This document shows positions 27,085-36,949 of a DNA stretch of 64,000 bases, in pieces. Source of the DNA: a virus (taxonomy: Duplodnaviria; Caudoviricetes); the IMG/VR virus record IMGVR_UViG_3300017780_003104, positions 1 to 64,000 of that record; one strand, written 5' to 3'. How positions within the stretch are numbered: the first letter of the stretch is position 1; every line of letters begins with the position of its first letter. The notes beneath the pieces were generated by a model. It saw nothing but the letters and a program-made list of their open reading frames with translations, was not told the origin of the DNA and ran no database searches. The translations under genes were made by a program, and so were the position numbers.

Positions 27085-27794
27085 CAGAATAAAAAATCAG
27101 TCTTCGATAATAAAAATGATTCAATTATAACGTCCTCACCTATTTTATATTTCGAAACGTCGTTTCTGTAATGTAAAGGTCTATCGTTGTCGCTCTTAAT
27201 ACTCTCATATGTAACCACTTTATCACCGAATACCACTTTCAACATGTTATATCTACTATATTCGTCAGATGCACAATATATAATATCATGGGATGCTGCT
27301 TTGTCTTTTATGATTTGGAGATATTCAGTTATACCCTTTTTGTCTGGGTGGTCGGTTCCCCTAAAATGCACTCCAAGAACTCGTTTACCTATAAAGTTTT
27401 CATTCACGAACGTATCTATTTTTTCCTGTACATGTGGTTGAAGTCTAATAAAATTTGAGATAATATTGGAGAATTCAACTCTCCGAGAAGCGATAAGTTC
27501 TGGTGTCGGATTAACCATATATATATCCCTAAATTCACTGTCTGGAACGTCAATGATACTATCCACCACTTTCCCAATTTCTTTGGGCGAAGGATACGTA
27601 TTAGTGTGGGGTTGTTGGAAGTAATATTCCCAAACATTTAACGTGTTGGTTATATTAGAATCTTGATATTGACACCTCCCAACGAAATCGATATAATAAT
27701 TATCGAGTGGATTATGCCACATGGCACGTAGAACTTGCCATATATAACCACACATTCCGCAGCTACCATCATTTTTAATAATTGTGAATTTCAT
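27015..27794 (-). CDS. O-fucosyltransferase/NodZ-like glycosyltransferase (GT23/GT68-like)
   Basis: VLGVHFRGTD, IYCASDE, VIIESFLLSKTDFLFC..SNVNY. Confidence 0.75.
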   Translation of the reverse strand: MKFTIIKNDGSCGMCGYIWQVLRAMWHNPLDNYYIDFVGRCQYQDSNITNTLNVWEYYFQQPHTNTYPSPKEIGKVVDSIIDVPDSEFRDIYMVNPTPELIASRRVEFSNIISNFIRLQPHVQEKIDTFVNENFIGKRVLGVHFRGTDHPDKKGITEYLQIIKDKAASHDIIYCASDEYSRYNMLKVVFGDKVVTYESIKSDNDRPLHYRNDVSKYKIGEDVIIESFLLSKTDFLFCCGNSNVNYLSRAINPTLQSQTL

Positions 27795-27798
27795 AAAT

Positions 27799-29397
27799 TT
27801 AAATATTGTTTGTGTAATAATGTTCTATCTCTTGTTGAGATCTAGTCATTCCATACGCCATGTGGATGGCGAATCCATTTCTCACATAGAGTGGGGAGGA
27901 TTTCTCTAAATCCATTTTCAATGTCAATTGTCCCTCATCCCAACCATCGTTGAATAATCTAAACGATTCACGCCAAAAGTCTGTCTCACAAAAGAAAAGA
28001 TTATTACAAAAATAAGGAGCATTATATTCCTCCAATCTGTAATCATGTTTTCCAAAAAATTTTTCTTTATTTTCTATAATTTTATCAGCTATGAAAATAT
28101 TATAATCTCGGGAATATCTAGCTGGGTGTAAACCCCTAACCATATAGTAATACCATGGTAGATTTCTAGTATCCCACTCAGTATCGACTTTACTTACCAT
28201 ATCCCAATATTTTTGACCACTCCATTCTGTCATCATTGCAATATTATTGTTGATATTATTGCAATTTAGACCCCACTCCCCACCATTAATACCCCCTGCC
28301 AAGAAATGGCGGTGTGCTATCTTCCTGTCATCTTCAGATAGGAAATCATCTACAAACATATCAGTGGACGGTATACCATTGGTGAATATTGGGGAAATAA
28401 CCGGATGAGAATCGCTTATGCTGCTTAGATTGTCGAGTATAAATTCCCACACATTATGACTCATTAAAATATCATCATCCATTTTACATGAGTATTTGCA
28501 AGTAGTTTTATGAGCGTGATCCACCTTTAATGGATAATGTCCACTCTCAAATAATACTAGGTCCACTTTAAATGATGGTTTATTACTAGTGAAATATTCA
28601 CTCCATAAATTAATATTTGATTCTTCGCCATATATACAGAGTTTTATGTTAGATTTATCTTTTATCTTAAAGATTTCATCAACCATTTTTGTGGTGAAAC
28701 TGAAGCGACTAATTTTAGAACAAAAAAGATTTATCTGTAACGACCCTCGACCCATTTTATCAAGTAAAGCTATATTATCTTTGAATTGCTGCCCTTTATC
28801 CCCGAAGAGATATTGTACTTCTCCCCTACCATGAAATCCAAAACAATTATTCAAATCGTATTCATAACCCGGAACCATCCCCTCAAGAGAAAATTTTACC
28901 GCTAAATCGGTAGGTGCATATTTACACCCATTTGATTCAAAATATTCTTTATGGGTTACACAAACATGCCAATCATCGTGTTCGCCATTGTGTGGTATAT
29001 CTGAACATAACTCCATAAATTTTTTACTACGCAAAGTAAATCCCCCATTACCAACATAACCACTCTCCCATGGTGCTCCTATATAATCATAATCTAAAAA
29101 TTCGTTTCTCCATAAATGAGGATTTGTAATAAATCCGTCGTCATGTATAGACAAACAGAATTCCGTATCGATGTATTGGTTGAGTCTTTTAAGCATGAAA
29201 ACGCAAGATCCGTCGTGTGTCAATTTTTCAATTTCTATGTACTCAATATCTTCGGTTATATTTGAAGGTTTTTCGTGTGCAATTAATAAAACACGGGCAA
29301 ACTTTATTTTTCGCATACTGTATTTTAACGCCTTTACCCCTAAAGATGGATCGACGCAATTCAGACACACTAATGTTATAGTGGGTAGAGATTTCAT
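27799..29397 (-). CDS. Two-domain glycosyltransferase (DUF5672 plus GT-A-like domain)
   Basis: HDDGF..NP..W..EFLDYDYIGAPW...VGNGGFTLRSKKF; second domain with KMDDD. Confidence 0.75.
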   Translation of the reverse strand: MKSLPTITLVCLNCVDPSLGVKALKYSMRKIKFARVLLIAHEKPSNITEDIEYIEIEKLTHDGSCVFMLKRLNQYIDTEFCLSIHDDGFITNPHLWRNEFLDYDYIGAPWESGYVGNGGFTLRSKKFMELCSDIPHNGEHDDWHVCVTHKEYFESNGCKYAPTDLAVKFSLEGMVPGYEYDLNNCFGFHGRGEVQYLFGDKGQQFKDNIALLDKMGRGSLQINLFCSKISRFSFTTKMVDEIFKIKDKSNIKLCIYGEESNINLWSEYFTSNKPSFKVDLVLFESGHYPLKVDHAHKTTCKYSCKMDDDILMSHNVWEFILDNLSSISDSHPVISPIFTNGIPSTDMFVDDFLSEDDRKIAHRHFLAGGINGGEWGLNCNNINNNIAMMTEWSGQKYWDMVSKVDTEWDTRNLPWYYYMVRGLHPARYSRDYNIFIADKIIENKEKFFGKHDYRLEEYNAPYFCNNLFFCETDFWRESFRLFNDGWDEGQLTLKMDLEKSSPLYVRNGFAIHMAYGMTRSQQEIEHYYTNNI

Positions 29398-29405
29398 TGT
29401 AAATA

Positions 29406-30731
29406 TTATATTGTTGGTTGTGTGAAGAAGCTATCAACGATACTGTCGATATAATCTAATTGATCATCTGTAATTACGGGACTGGTCCCCAAGAAAAAGG
29501 TATCTGTTGTGACTTTCCTAGCATTTGGGTAATCTCGCATGATCGATTCGGTGTCCATTAATCCGTCATATGCTGGCTGTAACATAATATTACCCGCAAA
29601 ATATGGTCTGGTTTGAATTTTTTTACTTTCTAAGAAGTTGACAATATCCTTTCTCTTGAAAGATGTAACATCTTTAATAGTTAGTGCAAATGCGAACCAA
29701 CTAGGATCACTATTTTCAGTGGCTTTAGGGATAATGAAATATTCTTCGTATTTTGAAAAGATATCAACCAATCGTTTATGATTATGTTTTCTTTTTTCAG
29801 AAATTGTTGGTAATTTTTTGATCTGCTCTAATCCCATTGCGGCTTGAATCTCGATTGGTTTGAGATTGTAACCAATTTCATCGTAAACGTATTTATGGTC
29901 AAAAATTTCATCTGGTAGTGATGGCAACCAATTCGAAAATCTATTTCCACATGAACCATTCTTAAGTAGCCCTGCCTTCATTCCAACACAATAACATCCC
30001 CTGCCCCACTCCCTGAAGCTTCTTATAATATTCTCATCTTGGGGGGTATTACAAGCCACAAACCCACCCTCTCCCATAGTAATATGGTGGGCGGGATAGA
30101 ATGAACAACTAGCAAATGTTCCGAAAGAACCTAGTGGCTTTCCATCATACGTAGAACCTAACGCATCACAGCAATCTTCTAGTAAGATTAGATCATATTC
30201 TTCAACAATCTCCATCAGACGATTCATGTTAGGCGGATTTCCCAGAACATGTGCAAACGTAATCACCTTCGCCCCCAATTTAGCTTGTTCTTCAACTTGA
30301 TCCAAATTCAAGTTTAATGTATCTAAATCGATATCGACAAATGCTGGGATAAACCCTACTTGAAAAATTGGGTTAAGTGTCGTTGGAAACCCAGCAATAG
30401 GTGTTATCACCTTAGTTCCTTTTGGAAGATTGTGTAATCTCTTGGATGTTAATGCAGACATCATAATTAGATTCGAACTACTACCACTATTGGTCAGTAT
30501 TCCAAAACCCTTACCAAGTAATTTTGAAAATTGGTTCTCAAATTTTAGACCCTTTTGACCAAGGACTAGCCAACCATCTAAAAGGGTTTCCACGGATGCT
30601 AGATACTCATCCTCATCAAAGACTGGTCCAGCATATTGCACCCAATCTTTCCCCGGAATCCATTTTTTATCCCTCTCCTTTTCAGAAATATATTCTCTTA
30701 CGAGATCTGCTATCTTTTCTCTGGTAGTCAT
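29406..30731 (-). CDS. ddhC: NDP-4-keto-6-deoxyglucose 3-dehydrase (DdhC/RfbH, PMP and Fe-S dependent)
   Basis: NSGSSSNL, GFPTT.NPI.Q, HVLGNP, EDCCDALGS, SFYPAHHITMGEGG (His in place of the aminotransferase Lys), WGRGCYC...C..RF, YDHKY-like DHKYVY..IGYNLK. Confidence 0.92.
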   Translation of the reverse strand: MTTREKIADLVREYISEKERDKKWIPGKDWVQYAGPVFDEDEYLASVETLLDGWLVLGQKGLKFENQFSKLLGKGFGILTNSGSSSNLIMMSALTSKRLHNLPKGTKVITPIAGFPTTLNPIFQVGFIPAFVDIDLDTLNLNLDQVEEQAKLGAKVITFAHVLGNPPNMNRLMEIVEEYDLILLEDCCDALGSTYDGKPLGSFGTFASCSFYPAHHITMGEGGFVACNTPQDENIIRSFREWGRGCYCVGMKAGLLKNGSCGNRFSNWLPSLPDEIFDHKYVYDEIGYNLKPIEIQAAMGLEQIKKLPTISEKRKHNHKRLVDIFSKYEEYFIIPKATENSDPSWFAFALTIKDVTSFKRKDIVNFLESKKIQTRPYFAGNIMLQPAYDGLMDTESIMRDYPNARKVTTDTFFLGTSPVITDDQLDYIDSIVDSFFTQPTI

Positions 30732-30746
30732 TTCGAGTATTCTACA

Positions 30747-31610
30747 CTACCCCCATTGAGTTGTCAAGTGGCAGGAATCATGAATCCCCAATCCCCAATC
30801 CCCAAGATTTGGAATATTATATTTTTTAGTATTCTCTATCACATACTGGAGTTTATAATTTTCATCAATGTTCTGAATACTATAAATGTCTTCTCTTATT
30901 TTCATCGGTATATCCCAATTCGCGTAGCTCCAGTTAAAATTATTTACTGATATATCGTAATCTCCATAGTTAATGATCCCGACACCATGTTCTAGATTAT
31001 TAACATAATCCCAAACTTTCCAATAATATTGTTTTATACCAACCCATCTCTTATCTAACCATTGTAAGTGGGCAATAAATAAAACCTCTGGGTCTATCCT
31101 TATGGATTTTCCAGCTGGTGGCATATGTGCTGAATGACTAAATGTTTTATGAAACTTGGAATTATGTATATATGAACCAATTCTATCATGATAGACCTCA
31201 TTCCAAAACGAATCCGTTCTTCTTTGATTTTTTGACGTATATTGAATCCATTGACCAGTGAAAATAGTATCGGGATATTTTACGAGAAGATTCTGTAATT
31301 GGGATTTATCGATCATCCCGTCAATATATTCATCGGTATCCAAACATATGATATGTGGTGAATATTTATATACGGTATCGAATAATTGTTGACGCATCGA
31401 TGTTTCCCATTCTCCCATATCATCAGCAGTCTTAGCTTCTATGACTTCTAATATATTATATTTTTCTTTATTGGCTTTTAGAAATTCTACCGTGTCGTCT
31501 GTAGAATTATCACTAATAAATACAAACCCATCAGCATATTTTTGCCAAATTGGTAACATTTCTTTAATCAAGAATGATTCATTCTTGGTCATTGTCATTT
31601 GAACTATCAT
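30747..31610 (-). CDS. Glycosyltransferase family 2-like
   Basis: MTKNE, DGFV..SDNSTDDT, ICLDTDE. Confidence 0.82.
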   Translation of the reverse strand: MIVQMTMTKNESFLIKEMLPIWQKYADGFVFISDNSTDDTVEFLKANKEKYNILEVIEAKTADDMGEWETSMRQQLFDTVYKYSPHIICLDTDEYIDGMIDKSQLQNLLVKYPDTIFTGQWIQYTSKNQRRTDSFWNEVYHDRIGSYIHNSKFHKTFSHSAHMPPAGKSIRIDPEVLFIAHLQWLDKRWVGIKQYYWKVWDYVNNLEHGVGIINYGDYDISVNNFNWSYANWDIPMKIREDIYSIQNIDENYKLQYVIENTKKYNIPNLGDWGLGIHDSCHLTTQWG

Positions 31611-32353
31611 ATTGTGATATCTCTAGTATCCACTTTACTCCAATCTGGAAGAATTCCCATATGTTTAGATAATTTATTAGCATCCGATATTCTCTCATCC
31701 TTTAGTGAGAACCACAATTTATCACTAATTTTTCCAATATCCGCCACCTGCATTCTATCAACGGTTGAATCTCGTTGACTCTTACCCAATACCCAATGTC
31801 TATGTTCAATTAATATATCACCTCTATATGTCAATCTATTAAATGCTGAAAATAATTGATGCATCCATTGATCTACCCAATTTATTTTAAATTCCTCCCT
31901 CATAAATCCTCCAAGCACATTAGCATATTCTCTATGACAGAATAGGTTTACTGCCAATTTGGAACCATGATACCCATCATCACAATGAACAGCTTTGATG
32001 TTGTCCGGTGGTATGTTCTCAAATTCTTCTAAAATTTTAAGATCCCAATCCGGGGTTTTGAATACCATATCATCTCCAATCATAGATATAATATCCTCTG
32101 TGGAATTTTCAACTAAAATATTCCATAGTTTACCAAGCCCTAAAAACTCATTATTATTATCAATCTTTATAATATTTAAAGACGGAATCCCCTCTGATAT
32201 TTTTATAATTTGAGATAATGTTGGATCATCTGCATCTACTCCATAATAGATATTCACATTGTTAATATCATTAACCGTGGATAAAATGGACATTAAGAGA
32301 GTGATACTATTAGATAGTCGCTCTCTGGTCGGAACTAGGATTGCAATTTTCAT
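31607..32353 (-). CDS. Glycosyltransferase family 2-like
   Basis: IAILVPTRER, GVDADD, MIGDDMVF.T..WD, IEHRH. Confidence 0.82.
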   Translation of the reverse strand: MKIAILVPTRERLSNSITLLMSILSTVNDINNVNIYYGVDADDPTLSQIIKISEGIPSLNIIKIDNNNEFLGLGKLWNILVENSTEDIISMIGDDMVFKTPDWDLKILEEFENIPPDNIKAVHCDDGYHGSKLAVNLFCHREYANVLGGFMREEFKINWVDQWMHQLFSAFNRLTYRGDILIEHRHWVLGKSQRDSTVDRMQVADIGKISDKLWFSLKDERISDANKLSKHMGILPDWSKVDTRDITI

Positions 32354-33228
32354 GGTTTGAGTTGTTTAATAATTTTTAAGGCTTCTTCTTCACTGACAAA
32401 TGGTGGTTGATTAGGATAATGTCCGTGTTTATTTTTATAAATTTCTCTACCACCCATGACATTTTTGGTCCATTGTTCGGTATCTTCAGCTATAACGGAT
32501 TGTGTAATTGCGTTTTCTTGTTCCTCCACAAGATCAAGACTATTATGTAGGTCTGCAAAATACCAAAATGGTGGGTGCATACCAGCTTTTATAATTTCAT
32601 AAGTGTGATCAACATGTTCCCACGCATTGAGATAATTCTCGTCTATTAACCCAACAGTTTCTAAAGATTTCCTACTGTAATATGAAAACATGGCTACTGT
32701 GTGTTCGTATAGATCGATTTTAATATCACCATAATCGATAGTCAATCTCGGATTGGGTTCACTTTTTTGATCGAGTAGATGTCTATTATGTAGATCGAAT
32801 TGGATATCTTGTTTTCGATTGAATGGTGATCCGGGACCATAATTAAAATGTTGAATGCCTGATACTTTAGATGCTTCAATATATTTCTCAAATACCCGAT
32901 CATCCTTAATATACATATCATCCTCAATTAAGAAGATATGATCACAACCATCACTTAAAAGTTTCTCTAGGCAAATATTTTTACATTTTCCAACCCCATA
33001 ATTAATATTATTAACTGTTGCGTCTATGTCACCACTCCACTCTAGTAAATATTTCTTGATATAAGATCGAGTATTTATCCCCACATCCCCACAGTCAACT
33101 TTACTATCCTCTGTGATGTACAGCTTATCTATTATATCACACTTCTTCAGGGAAGAAAATAACTTACTGAATGAGTCTTCTCTTGAGCATGTGATAATCC
33201 CGACTCCTATTTTTTCACCATTAATCAT
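32350..33228 (-). CDS. Glycosyltransferase family 2-like
   Basis: IGVGIITC.R, GVGKCKN, IFLIEDD, VGLIDENY.NAWEHVD. Confidence 0.85.
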   Translation of the reverse strand: MINGEKIGVGIITCSREDSFSKLFSSLKKCDIIDKLYITEDSKVDCGDVGINTRSYIKKYLLEWSGDIDATVNNINYGVGKCKNICLEKLLSDGCDHIFLIEDDMYIKDDRVFEKYIEASKVSGIQHFNYGPGSPFNRKQDIQFDLHNRHLLDQKSEPNPRLTIDYGDIKIDLYEHTVAMFSYYSRKSLETVGLIDENYLNAWEHVDHTYEIIKAGMHPPFWYFADLHNSLDLVEEQENAITQSVIAEDTEQWTKNVMGGREIYKNKHGHYPNQPPFVSEEEALKIIKQLKP

Positions 33229-33953
33229 TTTTTAAATTCGCTAATAATTTTATTAATTCTATCCTCATTTACAGTCTCTCTTTCCTGATCTTTTACCATC
33301 TGTTCAAGAACTTCTAAATTATTCGGATCTAATAGGCTATCCCCTTCAATTAGATCACCTTTATGGTCTATAAACTCACTAATAAACATCAATCTATCAT
33401 CAATAGAGGCAAAATGTTCATCGATACAAACTATTGCAGGACAATCATCGGATGGAAAAAATACATCCTGTTCCAAATTTTCCATATATTGGTCAAATAG
33501 TCCTTGAAAAACCTCATCAACCTGCTTAATATATTGAAGATCGGTATCTCTCATATTATCATTTACTATCTTTATAGCTGGGTTATACTTCAACCAAAAT
33601 ATAATATCCAAATCTCTCATCGACTCCTTGACAAAGGAAATTGTTGCTGCGGCAGTTTCATTTCCTATCTTCCCAAGAGCATTACCATGTAATGTATATG
33701 CTAAATTGTCTAAGGGGCATCTGTCATAGACGACCTTCGAATCTTTAGGATATTTTAACTGCTCCTCCATCATCCAATTCAATATTAACAACTGTGTTTC
33801 GTCGGAGGTGTTAGAAGAATGGGCTAAATTATTTTCCGTAATTACATCTCGATATGTTTTTTTAGGTGTTACATACATTGGCCAACGATTTAAGAAGGCA
33901 TTTAGTAATGTTGATTTTCCTTGCCCTGCGGTTCCACTTATAGCTATTCTCAT
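33225..33953 (-). CDS. P-loop nucleotide kinase (AAA_28/dNMP-kinase-like)
   Basis: RIAISGTAGQGKST, VVYDRCPLDNLAY, DIIF. Confidence 0.8.
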   Translation of the reverse strand: MRIAISGTAGQGKSTLLNAFLNRWPMYVTPKKTYRDVITENNLAHSSNTSDETQLLILNWMMEEQLKYPKDSKVVYDRCPLDNLAYTLHGNALGKIGNETAAATISFVKESMRDLDIIFWLKYNPAIKIVNDNMRDTDLQYIKQVDEVFQGLFDQYMENLEQDVFFPSDDCPAIVCIDEHFASIDDRLMFISEFIDHKGDLIEGDSLLDPNNLEVLEQMVKDQERETVNEDRINKIISEFKK

Positions 33954-33962
33954 ATTAGTATC

Positions 33963-33990
33963 AATTTACCATCATTTATTAGAATGTCAA
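33963..33990 (-). promoter_or_regulatory. sigma70-like early promoter TTGACA-N16-TAAATT heading the glycosylation operon
   Basis: Minus strand reading; TGG precedes the -10 box; 9 nt to ATG 33953. Confidence 0.6.
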
Positions 33991-34020
33991 TCTCATATCG
34001 TTTCGACTCACACCACTTTC

Positions 34021-34527
34021 TTACATATTCTCTAATTTTTCAATATTCTTAATAAATCGTTTGGAGTAAATAAAATGCTTATACTCTGAATCTTCTTTAA
34101 TTTTAAAGAAGTATTTAACTTGATCATCAGATGGGCATTTTACCCACATCAGATCTACACTTGTGTCGTGTATCCTGTTTGACACGTAGTATTCTTTCAA
34201 AAAGTCGTTTAATTTAGATTCTATAACATCATCGGATAGTAATTGATCAAAATCTTTTCTCGTTCGTTTATATAAAATCTGAATTTGTGAGTATGAACTA
34301 TCTAACAAAAGATCAGCACTGGAAAAATCATTTGAGTATACCCAAATTGCACCATTACCCCTTTCTTTGTTTAAAGATCTTATAACAGACGCGAGACTAG
34401 ACGCTATCTCATCTCTAGTTCTTCTAGAGAATGGGGAGTTTAACCCTATATGTCCTCGAATTCTTAATGTGTATAAATCTGACCATTCTATTTTAGATAG
34501 TCTGTAGTATTCAGGTGAGTATCTCAT
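34021..34527 (-). CDS. Hypothetical protein
   Basis: ORF 168 aa. Confidence 0.6.
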   Translation of the reverse strand: MRYSPEYYRLSKIEWSDLYTLRIRGHIGLNSPFSRRTRDEIASSLASVIRSLNKERGNGAIWVYSNDFSSADLLLDSSYSQIQILYKRTRKDFDQLLSDDVIESKLNDFLKEYYVSNRIHDTSVDLMWVKCPSDDQVKYFFKIKEDSEYKHFIYSKRFIKNIEKLENM

Positions 34528-34575
34528 TATTTTATGAAGTCCTTAAAGATTTGATAGATCTTTAAGGACTTTTGG

Positions 34576-35337
34576 TTAGAATGGTGTATTCTTGATGAAG
34601 TTTGAAATATCGTCTAACTTTTCTTCCATATCTAATCTTTCGTCATATAAGAAGAATATGTCACCATTTAGATCCCTTAGAGATCTATAATTTGTAGTGA
34701 ATATATTTTGATTTATGGTGGATTTCGGATAAATGAATCTCCAATCTGAGATCGAATCTTTAGATATCCACAACTCTAACAACGTGTCTATAACATCTCT
34801 AAAATCTTTAAATGGGACTAAATGTGACATAGTATCCCAATCTTCATTTTCTGGATTTATTAAATCCTTTCGAAAGACATCAAATTCTTTTAGAGTTATA
34901 TCATACTTTAAATAAAACACATACACTTTATATTTCACACATATATGTGTTTTATCATATTTTGAATGGAAGAATGATCCATCTTCCGAATCCAAGACAT
35001 CTCTCATAGAAATTGGAGTAACATTAAAATACTCATTCCAAACTCTAACTTGTTTACTTAGATCATCTATAGAACGGTCTAGTGTTTCACCAACACCTGT
35101 AAATTGGGCAAATGTCCCACTCTTACAACGCATCAATGTTAGTTCACTAAACCAATCATCTCTATAACTATCGAAGCCTATTAATATTTGATCATATCCC
35201 ATATTATCGGGATCATTCGTGAACCTTTCCCATTCTAATACTGGGAAATCCACTAATACTTCTTTAGTTTGTGTGAGTGCATAGGCATCTCGTTCCATCG
35301 CTGTTTGTTTTTTAGTTTCAAACATACATAGATACAA
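34576..35337 (-). CDS. Hypothetical protein
   Basis: ORF 253 aa; TTGACA at 35356-35361 upstream suggests the start is the second Met (35325). Confidence 0.6.
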   Translation of the reverse strand: MYLCMFETKKQTAMERDAYALTQTKEVLVDFPVLEWERFTNDPDNMGYDQILIGFDSYRDDWFSELTLMRCKSGTFAQFTGVGETLDRSIDDLSKQVRVWNEYFNVTPISMRDVLDSEDGSFFHSKYDKTHICVKYKVYVFYLKYDITLKEFDVFRKDLINPENEDWDTMSHLVPFKDFRDVIDTLLELWISKDSISDWRFIYPKSTINQNIFTTNYRSLRDLNGDIFFLYDERLDMEEKLDDISNFIKNTPF

Positions 35338-35388
35338 TAACAGAAAAAATCGTCATGTCAACCATTTTATTTTTAATTTGTCAATTGA

Positions 35389-35395
35389 TTAAATA
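35389..35395 (+). promoter_or_regulatory. Late promoter TTAAATA (phoH)
   Basis: 7 nt before ATG 35403. Confidence 0.6.
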
Positions 35396-35402
35396 ATATC
35401 GA

Positions 35403-36140
35403 ATGACAGCAAAACGCGCACCTCGAAAGAGGAAAGAGTCGGATATCACGGATCAATTCAAAACTGAATATAAGAAAAACTTTGATTGTTCAAATATTAC
35501 AATAAAAAAACAATTACCCTTAACTGACAATCAGACAGCATTCTATTATCTATCTCAAGATGATAAAACTAATATGATATTTCTCGATGGACCTGCTGGA
35601 TCAGCAAAGTCATATATTGCAGTATACTCGGCGTTAGAATTATTAAAGGAGCGCAAAGTTGATAAAATCATCTACATTAGAACTGTTATTGAAAGTGCTT
35701 CACGTTCGATGGGATACCTTAAAGGTGATGAAAATGAAAAATTTGCAGCCTATGCAATGGTATTAAATGAAAAATGTTTAGAGACTATAGATAAGCAAAC
35801 ATATACTTCATTAACTGAGCAAGAATATATAAAAGCAATACCAGTTAATTTCGCAAGAGGTCTAACTTTCAATAATAGTTTAGTTATATTTGATGAAGCT
35901 CAAAATGCTACACGATCAGAATTAACTACTATATTAACTAGATTTGGAAGAAATACCAGATATCTAATTCTTGGAGATGCTAAACAAACAGATATCAAGG
36001 ATTCTGGATTTATGGATGTGTTAAACAAGTTCGACACAGAGTTCTCTAGGAAGAATAATATTCACTGTATACAATTCGACACCAGTGATATAGTTAGATC
36101 ACCGATATTGAAACATATCACTCAGGTTCTGGGCGTGTAA
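35403..36140 (+). CDS. phoH: PhoH-family ATPase
   Basis: FLDGPAGSAKS, IIYIR, GYLKG, FARGLTF, IFDEAQN, GDAKQTD, DIVRS. Confidence 0.95.
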   Translation: MTAKRAPRKRKESDITDQFKTEYKKNFDCSNITIKKQLPLTDNQTAFYYLSQDDKTNMIFLDGPAGSAKSYIAVYSALELLKERKVDKIIYIRTVIESASRSMGYLKGDENEKFAAYAMVLNEKCLETIDKQTYTSLTEQEYIKAIPVNFARGLTFNNSLVIFDEAQNATRSELTTILTRFGRNTRYLILGDAKQTDIKDSGFMDVLNKFDTEFSRKNNIHCIQFDTSDIVRSPILKHITQVLGV

Positions 36141-36142
36141 TC

Positions 36143-36421
36143 TTAGTTAAACCCTTGTTTCTTCCCATCCCATGAGGTTCCACCAAATGGGTCGAATGGA
36201 TGACCGTCTCTAGAATTGTCAAGAGGGGCGGCATTAGACGCAACATGAGTAGTTTCATTTGGGTTTTCACCGTTTTGTAAAGATTCAACACATTCTGTAG
36301 CTTTTTCCTCTGTATTCTTGATACAAATACGTTCGCCATCTGATGCTAGAAACTGTTCTCCAAATTTTACGGTATCGATTGTAAAATTTTCATCATTATT
36401 TGCTACTATTTCTATATTCAT
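36143..36421 (-). CDS. Hypothetical protein
   Basis: ORF 92 aa with upstream TTGACA at 36452-36457. Confidence 0.5.
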   Translation of the reverse strand: MNIEIVANNDENFTIDTVKFGEQFLASDGERICIKNTEEKATECVESLQNGENPNETTHVASNAAPLDNSRDGHPFDPFGGTSWDGKKQGFN

Positions 36422-36460
36422 AGAAACTCATAATCTCACAGAAATCATATATGTCAAGAG

Positions 36461-36949
36461 TTATTTCTTGACGGTTTTATATGGGATGGATCTAGTCCGA
36501 TTCATCCTAGTTGTCTCTTGGGCCGATGTGGTGATTATTTTGAAATTACCATTTTGATCGAAGAGAAAGCTTAATTTTTTAATGTCTGGTATTGGGTTCC
36601 CCTTTTTATCCTGACCAATTATTCGATAACCAACAGCGACTTTATTTTTACCGGAATCAATAATTCTAACATTAGGATCTATTAAATACCCAGAATCTAG
36701 TAAAATATCTCCATACTCCTTCATCAATCCTCCATACCCAACATCCCATCCTTTTCTAGCTGCTCCAGCTATGTCACGAATTCCAGCTTCAAAACTATGT
36801 AATGGTTGTGTGACCTCTGGCGCAACATAATCCAAGGCTCTTGCGGTTCCTTTAACCGCAGCACCAGCAATCCCACCAATGGCTTTAAACGGGGCTTTAA
36901 ATGCGCCCCAAAAACCTTCATCTAGTAATCTCTTTTGCGGGAATCTCAT
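36461..36949 (-). CDS. Hypothetical, putative head-packaged protein
   Basis: N-term MRFPQKRLLDE, Gly/Ala-rich helix. Confidence 0.55.
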   Translation of the reverse strand: MRFPQKRLLDEGFWGAFKAPFKAIGGIAGAAVKGTARALDYVAPEVTQPLHSFEAGIRDIAGAARKGWDVGYGGLMKEYGDILLDSGYLIDPNVRIIDSGKNKVAVGYRIIGQDKKGNPIPDIKKLSFLFDQNGNFKIITTSAQETTRMNRTRSIPYKTVKK

